Shown piece by piece: positions 50,607 through 61,308 of a stretch of DNA of 64,000 bases (position 1 is the stretch's first letter; each line of letters starts with the position of its first letter). Both the position numbers and the translations under genes were made by a program. This stretch comes from an uncultured Methanoregulaceae archaeon (GTDB lineage: Archaea; Halobacteriota; Methanomicrobia; Methanomicrobiales; Methanospirillaceae), in the NCBI GenBank assembly GCA_963701095.1, contig OY969564.1, positions 448,001 to 512,000 of the forward strand, in the 5' to 3' direction. The notes beneath the pieces are model-generated. The model was not told the origin of the DNA and made no database searches. It saw only the letters and a program-made list of their open reading frames with translations.

Positions 50607-53204
50607 GTGAAATCTATGAACTCTGCTCGTTGGATAGGTTTTCTTATAATTCTTGCAGCACTGATTCCAGTTGTATCGGCAAATACCCCGACGACCGGGC
50701 ATCCGTTCCTGTTATTTCATGATATCAGTCAAACTCCAGGTTACCAATATCAGAACATGGATCCATGGAATACATGGCAGAATTCCATACTATCCGGTGC
50801 TGATAGATCGCTTGCTTTGGACTTCTCCGGAAATCTCGGAGCGTATGATCGGGTCCAGTATAGAGCAGGTTATGCGCGAGATCTTGGATTAGCCTACCAA
50901 ATAACCAAAAAGCCGCAATACGCCACCAAAGCCAAAGAAGCACTCTTAAATTTATCTGTTGGGACAATAAGTGAAAAAGTGGACAAAGCTAATGCTTTAG
51001 GTGAATATTGTCTTGCGTATGATTTTATCCAACCCACATTGGATCCCGCAACCGATACTATTATCCGAGATAAACTGGCCACACTTGCCGATATGGTATA
51101 TGGTGATCTTAACGGTAACGGCACCACTCGTAATTATGTATCATTTGCCGATTATCATGGTCAAGCTTATCCTATGATGGGTATTGCCGGTGCAGCTCTT
51201 TATGATTACACCAACCCGAATCATTTCCCTCTGACGTCCACACCTGCAGACTGGCAAAAAGTTGGAACTGACTACCTGTTTGTTAACGATCAGCTGCATT
51301 CATATAATCGCTCTCTTTTTAGTTTCGGTTTTGACGAAACTTCGGGAAAGTACCTGAATGGGGCCTATAAATTTTATGTGTATGATGACCTTGATTTATG
51401 GCTCCAAGTCGCGTATCATGCATATGGCGAAAACCTGCTGGATATCTATCCGGCGGCTAAAAAAGGCGTTACCACTGAGATTTGGGATTCGCTTCCCAAC
51501 AACTATGCCAGCAATTATGTCACAAACGGAAATACAGGCTGGGCCTATCAGACCGCCATTATAAGCCTCCTCTCTGACAGCGAGAAAGGACCGGTTCTGA
51601 ACCATATTGACCTGATAGAAAATTCGACCGTCCTGCCTTTCAGCAGATTCTACCAGGCTGGTCCGCCAGCACTTCTCTATTGTGTGTACGGGAATTATGC
51701 ATCAATCCCCCGGTCGTTCCCTACCAACACAAGTTATCTTGATCCTAACAGCATCTTCCAAGTTTTCCGCGGGAGCTGGAATGACGACGCTGACTGGTTA
51801 TCGTTAGTAACCTTCAATGTCGCTTCCCATAGCAATCGGGACTCACTACATGGTGATCAGCTTGCTTTTGAATACTACAGCCGAGGCGATCTCCTTCTTG
51901 CCGATGCAGGTGAAAATAAGTATGTTCTCGACAGGGACTACGGCTATTATGATATCGATCATAATACCCTATCCCTCGAAGACCCGCGGACGCCGTTCCC
52001 GGTCTCACCTTGGTCCAACAGTGCATCTGCAGGAATATTCAAAGGAAACGCTTCTGGCATCGCTACCCCGGTTACAGTTAGTGCAATCGCCCAAGTGCCA
52101 TGGATGCAGCTCGAGCAGGCAAATGCACAGATTACCAGCGTTATGACCCAAACGCTCGGGAATTCCCAGACCCTTTCCAGTCCAATTCAATATGAGAGGA
52201 CGATCTTATACCCGGTATCGACTTCGGATCCAAAATCGAATTATTTCATTGTTGTCGATCGCATGGAAGGAACTGAATCGTGGGTATTCCGTAACATTTT
52301 CCGGCCAACCAGTCTGATGGTAACACCCACTACGAATGCCAATAAAGATAATTACAAATCCCAGTCTGAAGTCGGCCATGTCAACGGCGCCTTATCGATC
52401 GGGACGACACCTTACAATTGGCAGACACTCCCTTACAAGGCGGAGACTGATACCGGATTAACTACAGATTCTTTTTCCTGGGCAACGACCAATCCCTATG
52501 GCAATGACGTCAATTTTAACCTTGTTTCTTCTCCCGCTTCAGATATCCTGATCGAGAAAAATGTCGGCAGAATTGGCGGATATGAAGCTGAATCCGAAGT
52601 TTTTAATCCTATCGTGTATTTTAGGAGCCCCGATACCACATCACTGTACCGGGTCACCGTACTCCTCTCCAGCTATTCGAATGAAACACCTAAGACTGCT
52701 TCTGAGATCCAAGTGAATGGAAACGGTCATGCATTACAGGTTCACTCTTCCTCGTACGATGATTATATCTATACCGGTGAAGGCGTATCTTCATTTGCAG
52801 GATTTTCTACGGATGCTGATACTGTCTTTATCCGGAAAGGGGGAGATACTGAAGAGATAACCCTACTGAATGGATCTTATCTTGATGACCAGAATGATCG
52901 TATTATTAGTCTATCAAAGAATGTCGATATTCTCACGTTAAGTAAAGTAGGCGATCAGATTGACTACCGGATAAGCGGTAACGAAAACGTCGGAGGTTCA
53001 CTTTTTGCCAATACTACAAATACAGCCCAGAGTATCAGTGAAGGCATATATACGCAAGATAATATGCTAGAATCAAGTGCTTTAGCTTCAAATGTGGAAT
53101 CGACTTTGGGATCAACCTTAGAACCCATTACGAACCAGGAGGATTTTATTTCCCGTTTATATTCATTCGTTTCAAAGGTAATAGATACAATTAAAAAATT
53201 GTAA
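50607..53204 (+). CDS. Secreted heparinase II/III-like polysaccharide lyase (paralog of 40879-44289)
   Basis: HPFLLFHDISQTPGYQYQ, YCLAYDFI, HGDQLAFEYYSRGDLLLADAG...DHNTL. Confidence 0.72.
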   Translation: MKSMNSARWIGFLIILAALIPVVSANTPTTGHPFLLFHDISQTPGYQYQNMDPWNTWQNSILSGADRSLALDFSGNLGAYDRVQYRAGYARDLGLAYQITKKPQYATKAKEALLNLSVGTISEKVDKANALGEYCLAYDFIQPTLDPATDTIIRDKLATLADMVYGDLNGNGTTRNYVSFADYHGQAYPMMGIAGAALYDYTNPNHFPLTSTPADWQKVGTDYLFVNDQLHSYNRSLFSFGFDETSGKYLNGAYKFYVYDDLDLWLQVAYHAYGENLLDIYPAAKKGVTTEIWDSLPNNYASNYVTNGNTGWAYQTAIISLLSDSEKGPVLNHIDLIENSTVLPFSRFYQAGPPALLYCVYGNYASIPRSFPTNTSYLDPNSIFQVFRGSWNDDADWLSLVTFNVASHSNRDSLHGDQLAFEYYSRGDLLLADAGENKYVLDRDYGYYDIDHNTLSLEDPRTPFPVSPWSNSASAGIFKGNASGIATPVTVSAIAQVPWMQLEQANAQITSVMTQTLGNSQTLSSPIQYERTILYPVSTSDPKSNYFIVVDRMEGTESWVFRNIFRPTSLMVTPTTNANKDNYKSQSEVGHVNGALSIGTTPYNWQTLPYKAETDTGLTTDSFSWATTNPYGNDVNFNLVSSPASDILIEKNVGRIGGYEAESEVFNPIVYFRSPDTTSLYRVTVLLSSYSNETPKTASEIQVNGNGHALQVHSSSYDDYIYTGEGVSSFAGFSTDADTVFIRKGGDTEEITLLNGSYLDDQNDRIISLSKNVDILTLSKVGDQIDYRISGNENVGGSLFANTTNTAQSISEGIYTQDNMLESSALASNVESTLGSTLEPITNQEDFISRLYSFVSKVIDTIKKL

Positions 53205-53241
53205 CTACTGGAATTTCCTCATAAACAAAATTAGATCTTTT

Positions 53242-54121
53242 TTATTCTGCGAGATAGTAAATTTCACTTTCTTTCCGGAGAAAACCTTCTCGTTCCAGTG
53301 CGGCGAGAATCAGTCGTACACGATCCGACTTTTCGCGTACAAGTCCGGTGATCTCTTCCTCTCTCAGCTGTATGCTTTATAAGAAGGTATTTTAAAATAA
53401 TGCCTCTTATACGACGGTCAGATCCCGCAAATGGCGCCTGTTTGACATAGGCAGTGCTCTTGTAGTTGGGATTTGGAACGCTCTTTTTAAGTTCAGCTCC
53501 AAAATCCATCAGTGCCCAATACCATATCCGGGGGTTATCCCGGTCAAGCATCCGTTCCACAACGGAAAGAATATCGGCGTCGGTAATGCTCTCCCTACCA
53601 GAAAAGAAGAAATGGATAAAAACACGACGGATATTGGTTTCTATAAATACAACCGGCATATTAAACGCAAAGGCACAGATAGATGATGCAGTGGCCGGTC
53701 CAATCCCCGGAAATGTTGCCAACACATGAGGATCTGACGGGAGAATTCCGCAAAATTCTTTTTCCATTTTTTCAGCGCTTTTTTTCAGAGATATTGCTCG
53801 CCGGTTATAACCCATTCCCTGCCATACCTTTAGGACATCAGTGAGCGGAGCACGGGCAAGTGAGGCAAAATCCGGGAACGCATCGATAAATTCCGGGTAT
53901 TTTACTGCTACCCGTTCTACCTGTGTCTGCTGGAGCATAATTTCTGAAACAAAAATCCTATAGGGATCATCCGTGTGGCGCCAGAGCATGTCGTGCCGTC
54001 CATAGCGGTTATAAAAAGTTAAAACCATTCTTCGGAACTCTTTTGCAGCTTCATCAGTGAGGTTATCGAAAGAAAAAACCTGGCTGGAACTGTCAAGAAA
54101 AGTCTGCATTGTTTTTTTCAT
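53242..54121 (-). CDS. mutY: MutY-like A/G-specific adenine glycosylase (HhH-GPD); frameshift in a GA repeat near the 3' end
   Basis: WR.TDDPY.IFVSEIMLQQTQV, WQGMGYNRRA, PGIGPATA. An alternative frame after about 53360 gives EEEITGLV...LEREGFL...YYLAE* (TAA 53242-53244). Confidence 0.8.
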
Positions 54122-54200
54122 GATACCGCCGTAATGAGGATACGTATCTCATAACAAATCTTTTCTTAATAATTCGGTAATTATAGTGCGTGATAATCAT

Positions 54201-56051
54201 CTATGTCCGCCCGAACATTTCGTCGAGTTTTGCACGGGTGAACCGGATCATGGTAGGCCTGCCATGAGGACAGGTGAAGGGCGTGTGCATCGCCCGGAGC
54301 TGATTGACGATCCGCTGGCTCTGCTCATAGGTACAGACTGTACCGGCCTTTATCGCACTCCGGCAGGCTATAATCCGGGTAATCCGTTCCCTGTCGCTCA
54401 ACGGTCGTTCCAGATCGGTGTTCATAAGATCACTGACAAGATCATCGATTATTTCCTGACCTTCGCATTTACCCATTATAGCAGGGACCGCCCTGACCAA
54501 AAAGGCATCACTTCCAAATTCTTCGATAATTATACCTTCCTTTGCAAGGGCTGGGATCAGGTCACGAAGAATTGCTGCATCTTTTGGTGATCGATGGATA
54601 ACAATGGGGATAAGTAATTCCTGTGCATTTTTGGTAGAAACGATCCGACGAATCTTTTCATAGAAGATTCGTTCATGGGCAGCATGCTGATCGATAATAA
54701 TAAGCTCACCATCTGGCGCCGCAGCGAGGATATAGATGCCCCCAACCTGCCCGATAACTTCCATCGGCGGAACACTCCCAGAAACCGGTGAATCCATAAC
54801 GGGAACTTCGGTCTGGCGGAGCCGGTGGTCCGTCGACAGGGTTCCTGCATGGGTCGGTTCTGTTGACAAAAAATGATGTGTTTCTGACACTGCCGGCGCT
54901 GCAATCTTCCCGAATCCCGAAATTTTAACCTCATATCGTGAGGAAGTTTCTGCAACACCTGGCACAACAGGAGATTCCGAGGCCTCAGTAAACGTGTGTT
55001 CTTGTCGGGAGATAGTGCCATCAGGAATCAGGTTGTTGTGTCGAAGAATTCCAAAGACCGTATCGCGTAAAGATTCTGCAATCTCTTTTTCCTTGGTAAG
55101 TCGAACTTCCTTTTTTGTAGGGTGCACATTGACATCAACAAGGTGGGTATCCAGGGAAAGGGAAAGGAATGCGACAGGGAACCGGCCCCGGGGAAGGAGT
55201 GACCGGTATCCCTCTCTGATTGCCGCAGTCAGTGAAGTGGATGTAATATACCGTCCGTTAATAGAAACAAGGATCTGCCCGTGATCTTTGCGCGAGAGTG
55301 CAGGGCGTGAAATATAACCTGAAATACGCAGGATGGGCAGATCCGCAGAAACCGGTAACAACTCCCGGGCATATTCATTGCCGAATATCCGGGTAATGGT
55401 GTTAAGCAATTGAGAGGTCCTTTCGGTGGCAAGCTGTTCACGATTGTTATAAAAAAGTCTAAATGATATACTGGGGTAGGCTAAACAGAGACCTTCGAGT
55501 ATTCCGTGTATACGGGCAAGTTCGGTGTTAAGGCTTTTCTGGAATTTTTTCCTTGCTGGTGTATTAAAAAAAAGTTCCTCGACCAAAACATTTGTGCCTT
55601 CCGGAGCTCCGGTTGCTCTCTTTTCATGTAAAATACCGCCGATAACAACAAGCCGGGTTCCGGCAGTCCCTGTACTGCTCCGGGCTTTTGTTACGAGAGT
55701 CACTTTAGCAACAGCAGCAATACTCGCAAGTGCTTCTCCCCTGAACCCCAAGGAGTGAAGAGAAAACAAATCGTCAAGTTTTGTGATCTTACTTGTTGCA
55801 TGCGGGGCAAATGCAAGTTCAGCATCGGCAGGTGACATGCCACATCCGTCATCGGTAACCCTTATGGTGGATATGCCTCCCTGAACAGATGTAATATCGA
55901 TCCTGATCGTGTTGGCGCTGGCATCAATGGCATTTTCGACAAGTTCCTTGACTACAGACGCCGGCCGCTCAACAACCTCTCCAGCTGCAATCTGGTTGAC
56001 TGTCGCAGGATCAAGGATCTGGATAGTCTTGTAGTTCCCATCCTGTGTCAA
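54201..56051 (-). CDS. mutL: DNA mismatch repair protein MutL
   Basis: NQIAAGEVVERPASVVKELVENAIDA, GFRGEALASI, DVNVHPTK, endonuclease motif DQHAAHER, ACRSAIK, CPHGRP. Confidence 0.97.
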   Translation of the reverse strand: MTQDGNYKTIQILDPATVNQIAAGEVVERPASVVKELVENAIDASANTIRIDITSVQGGISTIRVTDDGCGMSPADAELAFAPHATSKITKLDDLFSLHSLGFRGEALASIAAVAKVTLVTKARSSTGTAGTRLVVIGGILHEKRATGAPEGTNVLVEELFFNTPARKKFQKSLNTELARIHGILEGLCLAYPSISFRLFYNNREQLATERTSQLLNTITRIFGNEYARELLPVSADLPILRISGYISRPALSRKDHGQILVSINGRYITSTSLTAAIREGYRSLLPRGRFPVAFLSLSLDTHLVDVNVHPTKKEVRLTKEKEIAESLRDTVFGILRHNNLIPDGTISRQEHTFTEASESPVVPGVAETSSRYEVKISGFGKIAAPAVSETHHFLSTEPTHAGTLSTDHRLRQTEVPVMDSPVSGSVPPMEVIGQVGGIYILAAAPDGELIIIDQHAAHERIFYEKIRRIVSTKNAQELLIPIVIHRSPKDAAILRDLIPALAKEGIIIEEFGSDAFLVRAVPAIMGKCEGQEIIDDLVSDLMNTDLERPLSDRERITRIIACRSAIKAGTVCTYEQSQRIVNQLRAMHTPFTCPHGRPTMIRFTRAKLDEMFGRT

Positions 56052-58761
56052 CGATCGCCCTCCCTCTGATTGGGTGTATCCTGTTTTCTGATCAGCTGTT
56101 TGAGTTCAACCAGTTTTGCAAGTGCCTGCATTGGGGTCATGGTATCAGGATTGAGAGTCGACAGTGCCGTGATCACCGGATCCGTAGTCGGCTCTTCCAG
56201 TGCAGGTATGCTGTTATCAACAAGAAGCAGCTGGGTATACCGCTGAATCTTGGATCCACCAGTAAAATCACGATTGAGAGATTCGGCGAGGATCACATCA
56301 GCACGGTCAGTCACTTTTTTTGGGATACCGGCAAGACGTGCCACATGGATTCCATAGCTCTTGTCAGTTGCACCCGGAATAAGTTTACGTAAGAAAACGA
56401 TCTCCTTTTTCGTTTCCTGTACTGCAAAATGATAATTTTTCACCCTTTTCAATTCAGTCTCCATGCCGATAAGTTCATGGAAATGCGTTGCAAAGAGTGT
56501 CTTTGGACCGTTAGTGGATTTTCCATGCAGGTATTCGAGAACTGCCCGGGCAATTGAACATCCGTCAGCTGTGCTGGTGCCCCGTCCAATTTCGTCAAGA
56601 ATGATTAGACTTTTTTCGGTCATATTATTGAGGATGTTGGCCAGTTCAAGCATTTCAACAAAAAACGTGCTTTGACCGCTTGCAAGGTCATCAAATGCAC
56701 CAACCCGGTGAAAATCCGGTCTATAACGCCGATACGGATAAACCGTGCAGGAACAAAGCTTCCCGCCTGGGCCATAATGCAGCAAAGTGCGACTGAGCGC
56801 ATATATGTAGACTTTCCCGCCATATTTGCGCCGGTAATAATCATTATCTGCGTTTTTGATCCCGATACATCGACATCATTGGGAACAAAAGATCCCGGAA
56901 GACTCCGTTCTACTACCGGGTGTCGCATATCCCGGCACATTATCGAATCTCCATCATCGAGCTGAGGACGGACATAATCGTAGTCCTGTGCAATTTCAGC
57001 AAGCGCTGAAGCAACATCCAGCATGGCAATGCTGGAAGAGATCTTTTGAAGAATGGGGATCTTTTTCCGGATCTCATCAATAAGGCCGGTGAATAAAGTA
57101 CGCTCTAGAGCAAGCACTTTTTCATCGGCATCAGTGATAACAGCCTCCTTTTCTCTCAATTCGGGGATCGTATACCGTTCACCGGTTGCAGTTGTCTGAC
57201 GCCGTTCATAACGGGCTGGGACAAGGTTAATGTTGGTTTTACTCACGTCAATATAATAACCAAAAACCCGGTTATAGCCGATCTTGAGTGACCGGATTCC
57301 GGTTTTCTCACGTTCTTGTTGCTGGAGTTCCACAATCCAGTTCTTTCCCGAGTGCAGGACACCCGTCATACCATCAAGCTCAACGGAATAGCCAGGTCTG
57401 ATCATTCCCCCATTTTTTGGGGTTGCCGGCGGATCATCAATAATGGCATTCCGAATAAGATCGATAATTTCCGGCATTTCAATAAGCCCGTCTCGTGCCG
57501 CTGCAACCAGAGTTGGTGCTGGACAGGATACATCCTGAGTTGAAGACTGTTCTACAAGCAGGTTCCTGATTGCTGGAATAGTTTCAAGAGAATCTGCAAG
57601 GGCAATAAGATCGCGTGGGCCGGCGTTTCCGTATGCAATTCGGGCAGTAATTCGTTCTATATCTGCATGACGGGAAAGAAGATCCTGCAGTGATATACGC
57701 AGTAAAGCAGATGAGGTAAAGTATTCAACGGAATCGAGCCGCTCCCCTATTTGCTTAAGATCCGTGAGGGGCCGGGTTAACTGCCCACGCAGGAGACGAC
57801 CGCCCATAGGTGTCTTTGTCCGATCAAGGGTGGAAAAAAGGGTTGCGTTTTTGCTCCCGTCGCGTATGCTCTCGTGGATTTCAAGATTGCGCAGTGTTAT
57901 CGAATCAAGCATCATGCCTTGTGTGGATATGCGAGTTGAAAGGCCACTAACATGAGGAAGCTTTGATTGTTGCGTTTCCTCCGCATAGGCAAGTGCGGCT
58001 CCGGCAGCACCAACTACAGCCGGCATCGCTTCGCAACCATAGCCGGCAAGTGTTGTTACCCCAAAATGATCACAAAGAGTACGAAATGCCCGTTCCGGGA
58101 GGAATTGATCATCTGTATAGGGTGTTACTACCACACCGTCGCGGCGGACGAGATCACGTAGATCTTCATCAATTCCTGAAGGGACAATACATTCTGCGGG
58201 ACGGTACCGTGCTATTTCCGAACGAATACTTCCCGGGATTCCCCCGGAGGGAAGTGCAGAAACAAAAAATTCGCCCGTTGAGATATCAAGAAGAGCCATT
58301 CCCCAATCCGCACCCTTTGAGCCAGGAGCAAGAGCCATCAGGTAGGCAGCTGCTGATGATGTGAGCATTACCGGATCAATCACGGTGCCAGGAGTGATAA
58401 CCCGTACCACTTCTCGTTTTACAAGCCCTTTTGCAACTTTTGGATCTTCAGCCTGCTCACAGATAGCCACTTTGTATCCTTTTGCAACAAGGCGGGCTAT
58501 GTATCCCTCACCGGCATGATGAGGAACTCCGGCGAGCGGTATACGCTGGTCGCCATTTTTGGAGCGAGAGGTCAGGACAAGATCAAGTTCTTTTGAAACT
58601 ATCTCCGCATCACCTTCAAGAGTCTCAAAAAAGTCTCCGATATGAAAAAAAAGGATAGCATCGGGATACTGAGCCTTAATCTCCCGGTATTGACGCATAC
58701 CCGGGGTAAGGTTTTTCCCTTCATTGGTCACCATAGCGCCGGAACCAGGCTCAGGTTTCAT
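56048..58761 (-). CDS. mutS: DNA mismatch repair protein MutS1; apparent 1-nt deletion at about 56706
   Basis: TPGMRQY..GDFFE, TGANMAGKSTYMR. Restoring one base (ACCCGGG) gives IFTRVGAFDDLASGQSTFFVEM, joining ORF 56048-56785 (LDEIGRGTST, FATHFHEL, SYGIHVA). Confidence 0.95.
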
Positions 58762-58851
58762 TTGCAGTACTGTTTTACCGGCAGAAGATTAAACCGTACG
58801 GATCAAACAAGAAACACTCTTTTAATTGTATTTAATCGGGTCTGGTTCTAG

Positions 58852-59595
58852 TTAACGGTTGTACCAATACATGAAAATGACAGGCAGTGATACAAAAAGT
58901 GCTATTAATTCAAACATAAGCCCAATCACAAGCCCGGTACCCAACAGGTCTATAACGGCAAGAAAAACGCTGGTAATTGTAGGAATATTAACAAAAATGA
59001 TACAAATACATACACAGGAAAGAAGGAGTATCCCAATAAAGGCATTTTTTAGGTCCCGGGCACTTGGGGAAAAAGAGAGCGTAAGACTGATAACAAGATA
59101 TAGGTAAAGGATAAACCAACCGTTGAAGTCAGCTATAAGATTGTAGTACAATGTTTGACCAATCGCAGGAATAAGGGAGTACACAGATACGGAAGTATCC
59201 GGGACAAGCATCAGTGATGGATATGTACAGCCAGTGTACGTACCAAAAAACCATGTTACTCCGGCAAGCACAAGCGGCAGGATAAAAAGTGGTGCACTAC
59301 TTATGATAACATTCCCAAGAACAGGAATAGCAGGAGCACCGTATGAGACCATGCCACCCTCTTTTGATAACAAAACGACTTTTTTTATCTTCGCGCCGGT
59401 AATGAGGCATCCGATTATATGAGCACATTCATGAATAGCTATACCGGGGGCACTTATGAAAAGATAGAGCCAAAGCTGCCTCAGCGATTTTGCCCAGATA
59501 TGATCGAGAATAAAGGAAAGGGTCATAACGAGAAGGCCGGTAGCAATGACAATGCTGAACGCTTCCATTGCCGTTGAAAAGGCATAACTCATCAA
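58852..59595 (-). CDS. Membrane zinc-metalloprotease-like protein (HExxH, M50-like)
   Basis: PGIAIHECAH, multiple TM segments, SPSARD. Confidence 0.7.
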   Translation of the reverse strand: MMSYAFSTAMEAFSIVIATGLLVMTLSFILDHIWAKSLRQLWLYLFISAPGIAIHECAHIIGCLITGAKIKKVVLLSKEGGMVSYGAPAIPVLGNVIISSAPLFILPLVLAGVTWFFGTYTGCTYPSLMLVPDTSVSVYSLIPAIGQTLYYNLIADFNGWFILYLYLVISLTLSFSPSARDLKNAFIGILLLSCVCICIIFVNIPTITSVFLAVIDLLGTGLVIGLMFELIALFVSLPVIFMYWYNR

Positions 59596-59674
59596 AACAA
59601 TAAATCCGGTGGCTCTGCTAAAAAGAGTACGCTGTTCTTAAAATAGAAAAATTCTGATCTTAAAAAGAAAAAAA

Positions 59675-61105
59675 TTATTCTTTCCTGTTCTTCAGGCCAT
59701 AAATAACCAATACTACTCCAATAAGGAGACCTGCTGGCAGAATAAGGCTCGGGAATTCCGGAACCGAACTGCCGGTAGTCCATGTCTTTGTTGCGGTATT
59801 GGAGGTAATAGTTGCACCGCTGTTTGGATCTATGAAACTAGCCTGGATTGTATCTGTTCCCGTTTTTGTGCTCGTGTAACTCCATGTCGCAACTCCTTTG
59901 GCGTTCGTGACATTCGTACCACTTAAACCGGCGTTGGGCCCGGATGTAATGGTAAATGTAATCGTTAATCCACTAAGTGGATTGCCATTGGAATCTTGTG
60001 CCTTTGCTGTCAGAGTGTGGATTGTATTAATGGGATTTGTTGCTGTTGCCGGAGTGAGAACAACACCTTCTCCAACTACTGCCGAGGTGGATTTCAGGTA
60101 AAGTGTTGCTGCCATGATGTTGTCGTTATCCGACGGATTGAGCGTGAAGAACTGGATGTTGGTGTCACCATTAGCGACAAATGGAGCAAGATCATAGAGT
60201 TCTTCATCATACCGGAAGTTTCCTATTGGAGTCAGGTAAGGATCTGGCGGATTACCTACGGTATCGTTATAGCCACCGACAGTGAACAGGGCTCCATCTG
60301 ATTCATCATGATTCAGCTCGTTGTCTTCTCCTCCCGCCCAGGTTGTCAAGCGCTGCTGCGGCAGGGAGTTGGTTGAGACATTAATGATGCTGTATTGAGC
60401 ACTAGATAGCTGATAACTAAACGTATCTGTCAGTCCCAATTGAATGCCGAAATTTGGCAACGTCTTGTTGATGGGATTCGCGAGGCCTATGTTGAATTGG
60501 TCTCCAAGTGCATCTAGTGCACCCCATTCAATAATGACAGTGTTGTCAGCGGTCTGGCTGGGGTCATTGGCGATAATATACAGGGCTTCTCCATCGATAC
60601 TATACGTCTGCGCCCCTTCATTTATGTCAAATGAAACGGTTCCGGCGGGAGCGCTGTCAAACTTGCTCTTAACAAGGGATGTGACGTTCCCCCAGTAATT
60701 TTGACAGCCGAAATTCCCTTCTACATTATTGGTAAAGAAAACAGGCTGGCCGTCAATCTGGACAATTCCCGGTGTTTCAGAACTGCCGGGGGTTGTTGCA
60801 GATGACATAAATGCTGCAAGGACTGTTTCTCCTGGCATCTTCCAAACCCTAATCGGACCGTTCTCGGCGACCGTTCCTATTCCGCCCACCGAGAGGTTAA
60901 CCTTGCCAATAACGGTAACCATTGGCGTTAACCCGGACGAAGGTGCAGTAAGTGAATGGAAACGAACAGCATTGCTTTTTGCAATGGTTGCGGTTCCAGG
61001 AACCGTCCCAGGAATACTTGATCCCAAAACGGGTTGAATAGCTATACATGCTATAACAAAAACCAATAGGACTGTTAATGGAATAGAGTATTTTCGCTTC
61101 ATCAA
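59675..61105 (-). CDS. PEF-CTERM surface protein with Big_1-type Ig-like domain
   Basis: Signal peptide; LTAKAQDSNGNPLSGLTITF...TNAKGVATWSYT; VPEFPS-TM-KNRKE tail. Confidence 0.85.
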   Translation of the reverse strand: MMKRKYSIPLTVLLVFVIACIAIQPVLGSSIPGTVPGTATIAKSNAVRFHSLTAPSSGLTPMVTVIGKVNLSVGGIGTVAENGPIRVWKMPGETVLAAFMSSATTPGSSETPGIVQIDGQPVFFTNNVEGNFGCQNYWGNVTSLVKSKFDSAPAGTVSFDINEGAQTYSIDGEALYIIANDPSQTADNTVIIEWGALDALGDQFNIGLANPINKTLPNFGIQLGLTDTFSYQLSSAQYSIINVSTNSLPQQRLTTWAGGEDNELNHDESDGALFTVGGYNDTVGNPPDPYLTPIGNFRYDEELYDLAPFVANGDTNIQFFTLNPSDNDNIMAATLYLKSTSAVVGEGVVLTPATATNPINTIHTLTAKAQDSNGNPLSGLTITFTITSGPNAGLSGTNVTNAKGVATWSYTSTKTGTDTIQASFIDPNSGATITSNTATKTWTTGSSVPEFPSLILPAGLLIGVVLVIYGLKNRKE

Positions 61106-61308
61106 ATACCTCCTCTGTTGTAAGAGGCTCCTTGTTGGAAAAGATTAATCGTCAACAATGAACCCCGTAAAACTCCTTTCACAACTTTCTTTTAAAATAA
61201 ATATGCAAAGCATTGGTGCCTAGCAAATCGTCTCATCGAAATCTGTTAAAAAAAAACCTAAGCGCAATCACAATATTTTTATATTTGAATGAATTTTAGG
61301 AATACTGG

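Noticed and set aside
26793..53204. AT-rich locus as a prophage or integrative element
   Set aside because: No integrase, transposase, tRNA attachment site or flanking direct repeats were seen. Lower GC is common for glycan loci.
56048..58761. Split mutS as two genes or a programmed frameshift
   Set aside because: The break falls inside the conserved FTRVGA motif, has no slippery heptamer, and matches the CCCGGG deletion pattern.
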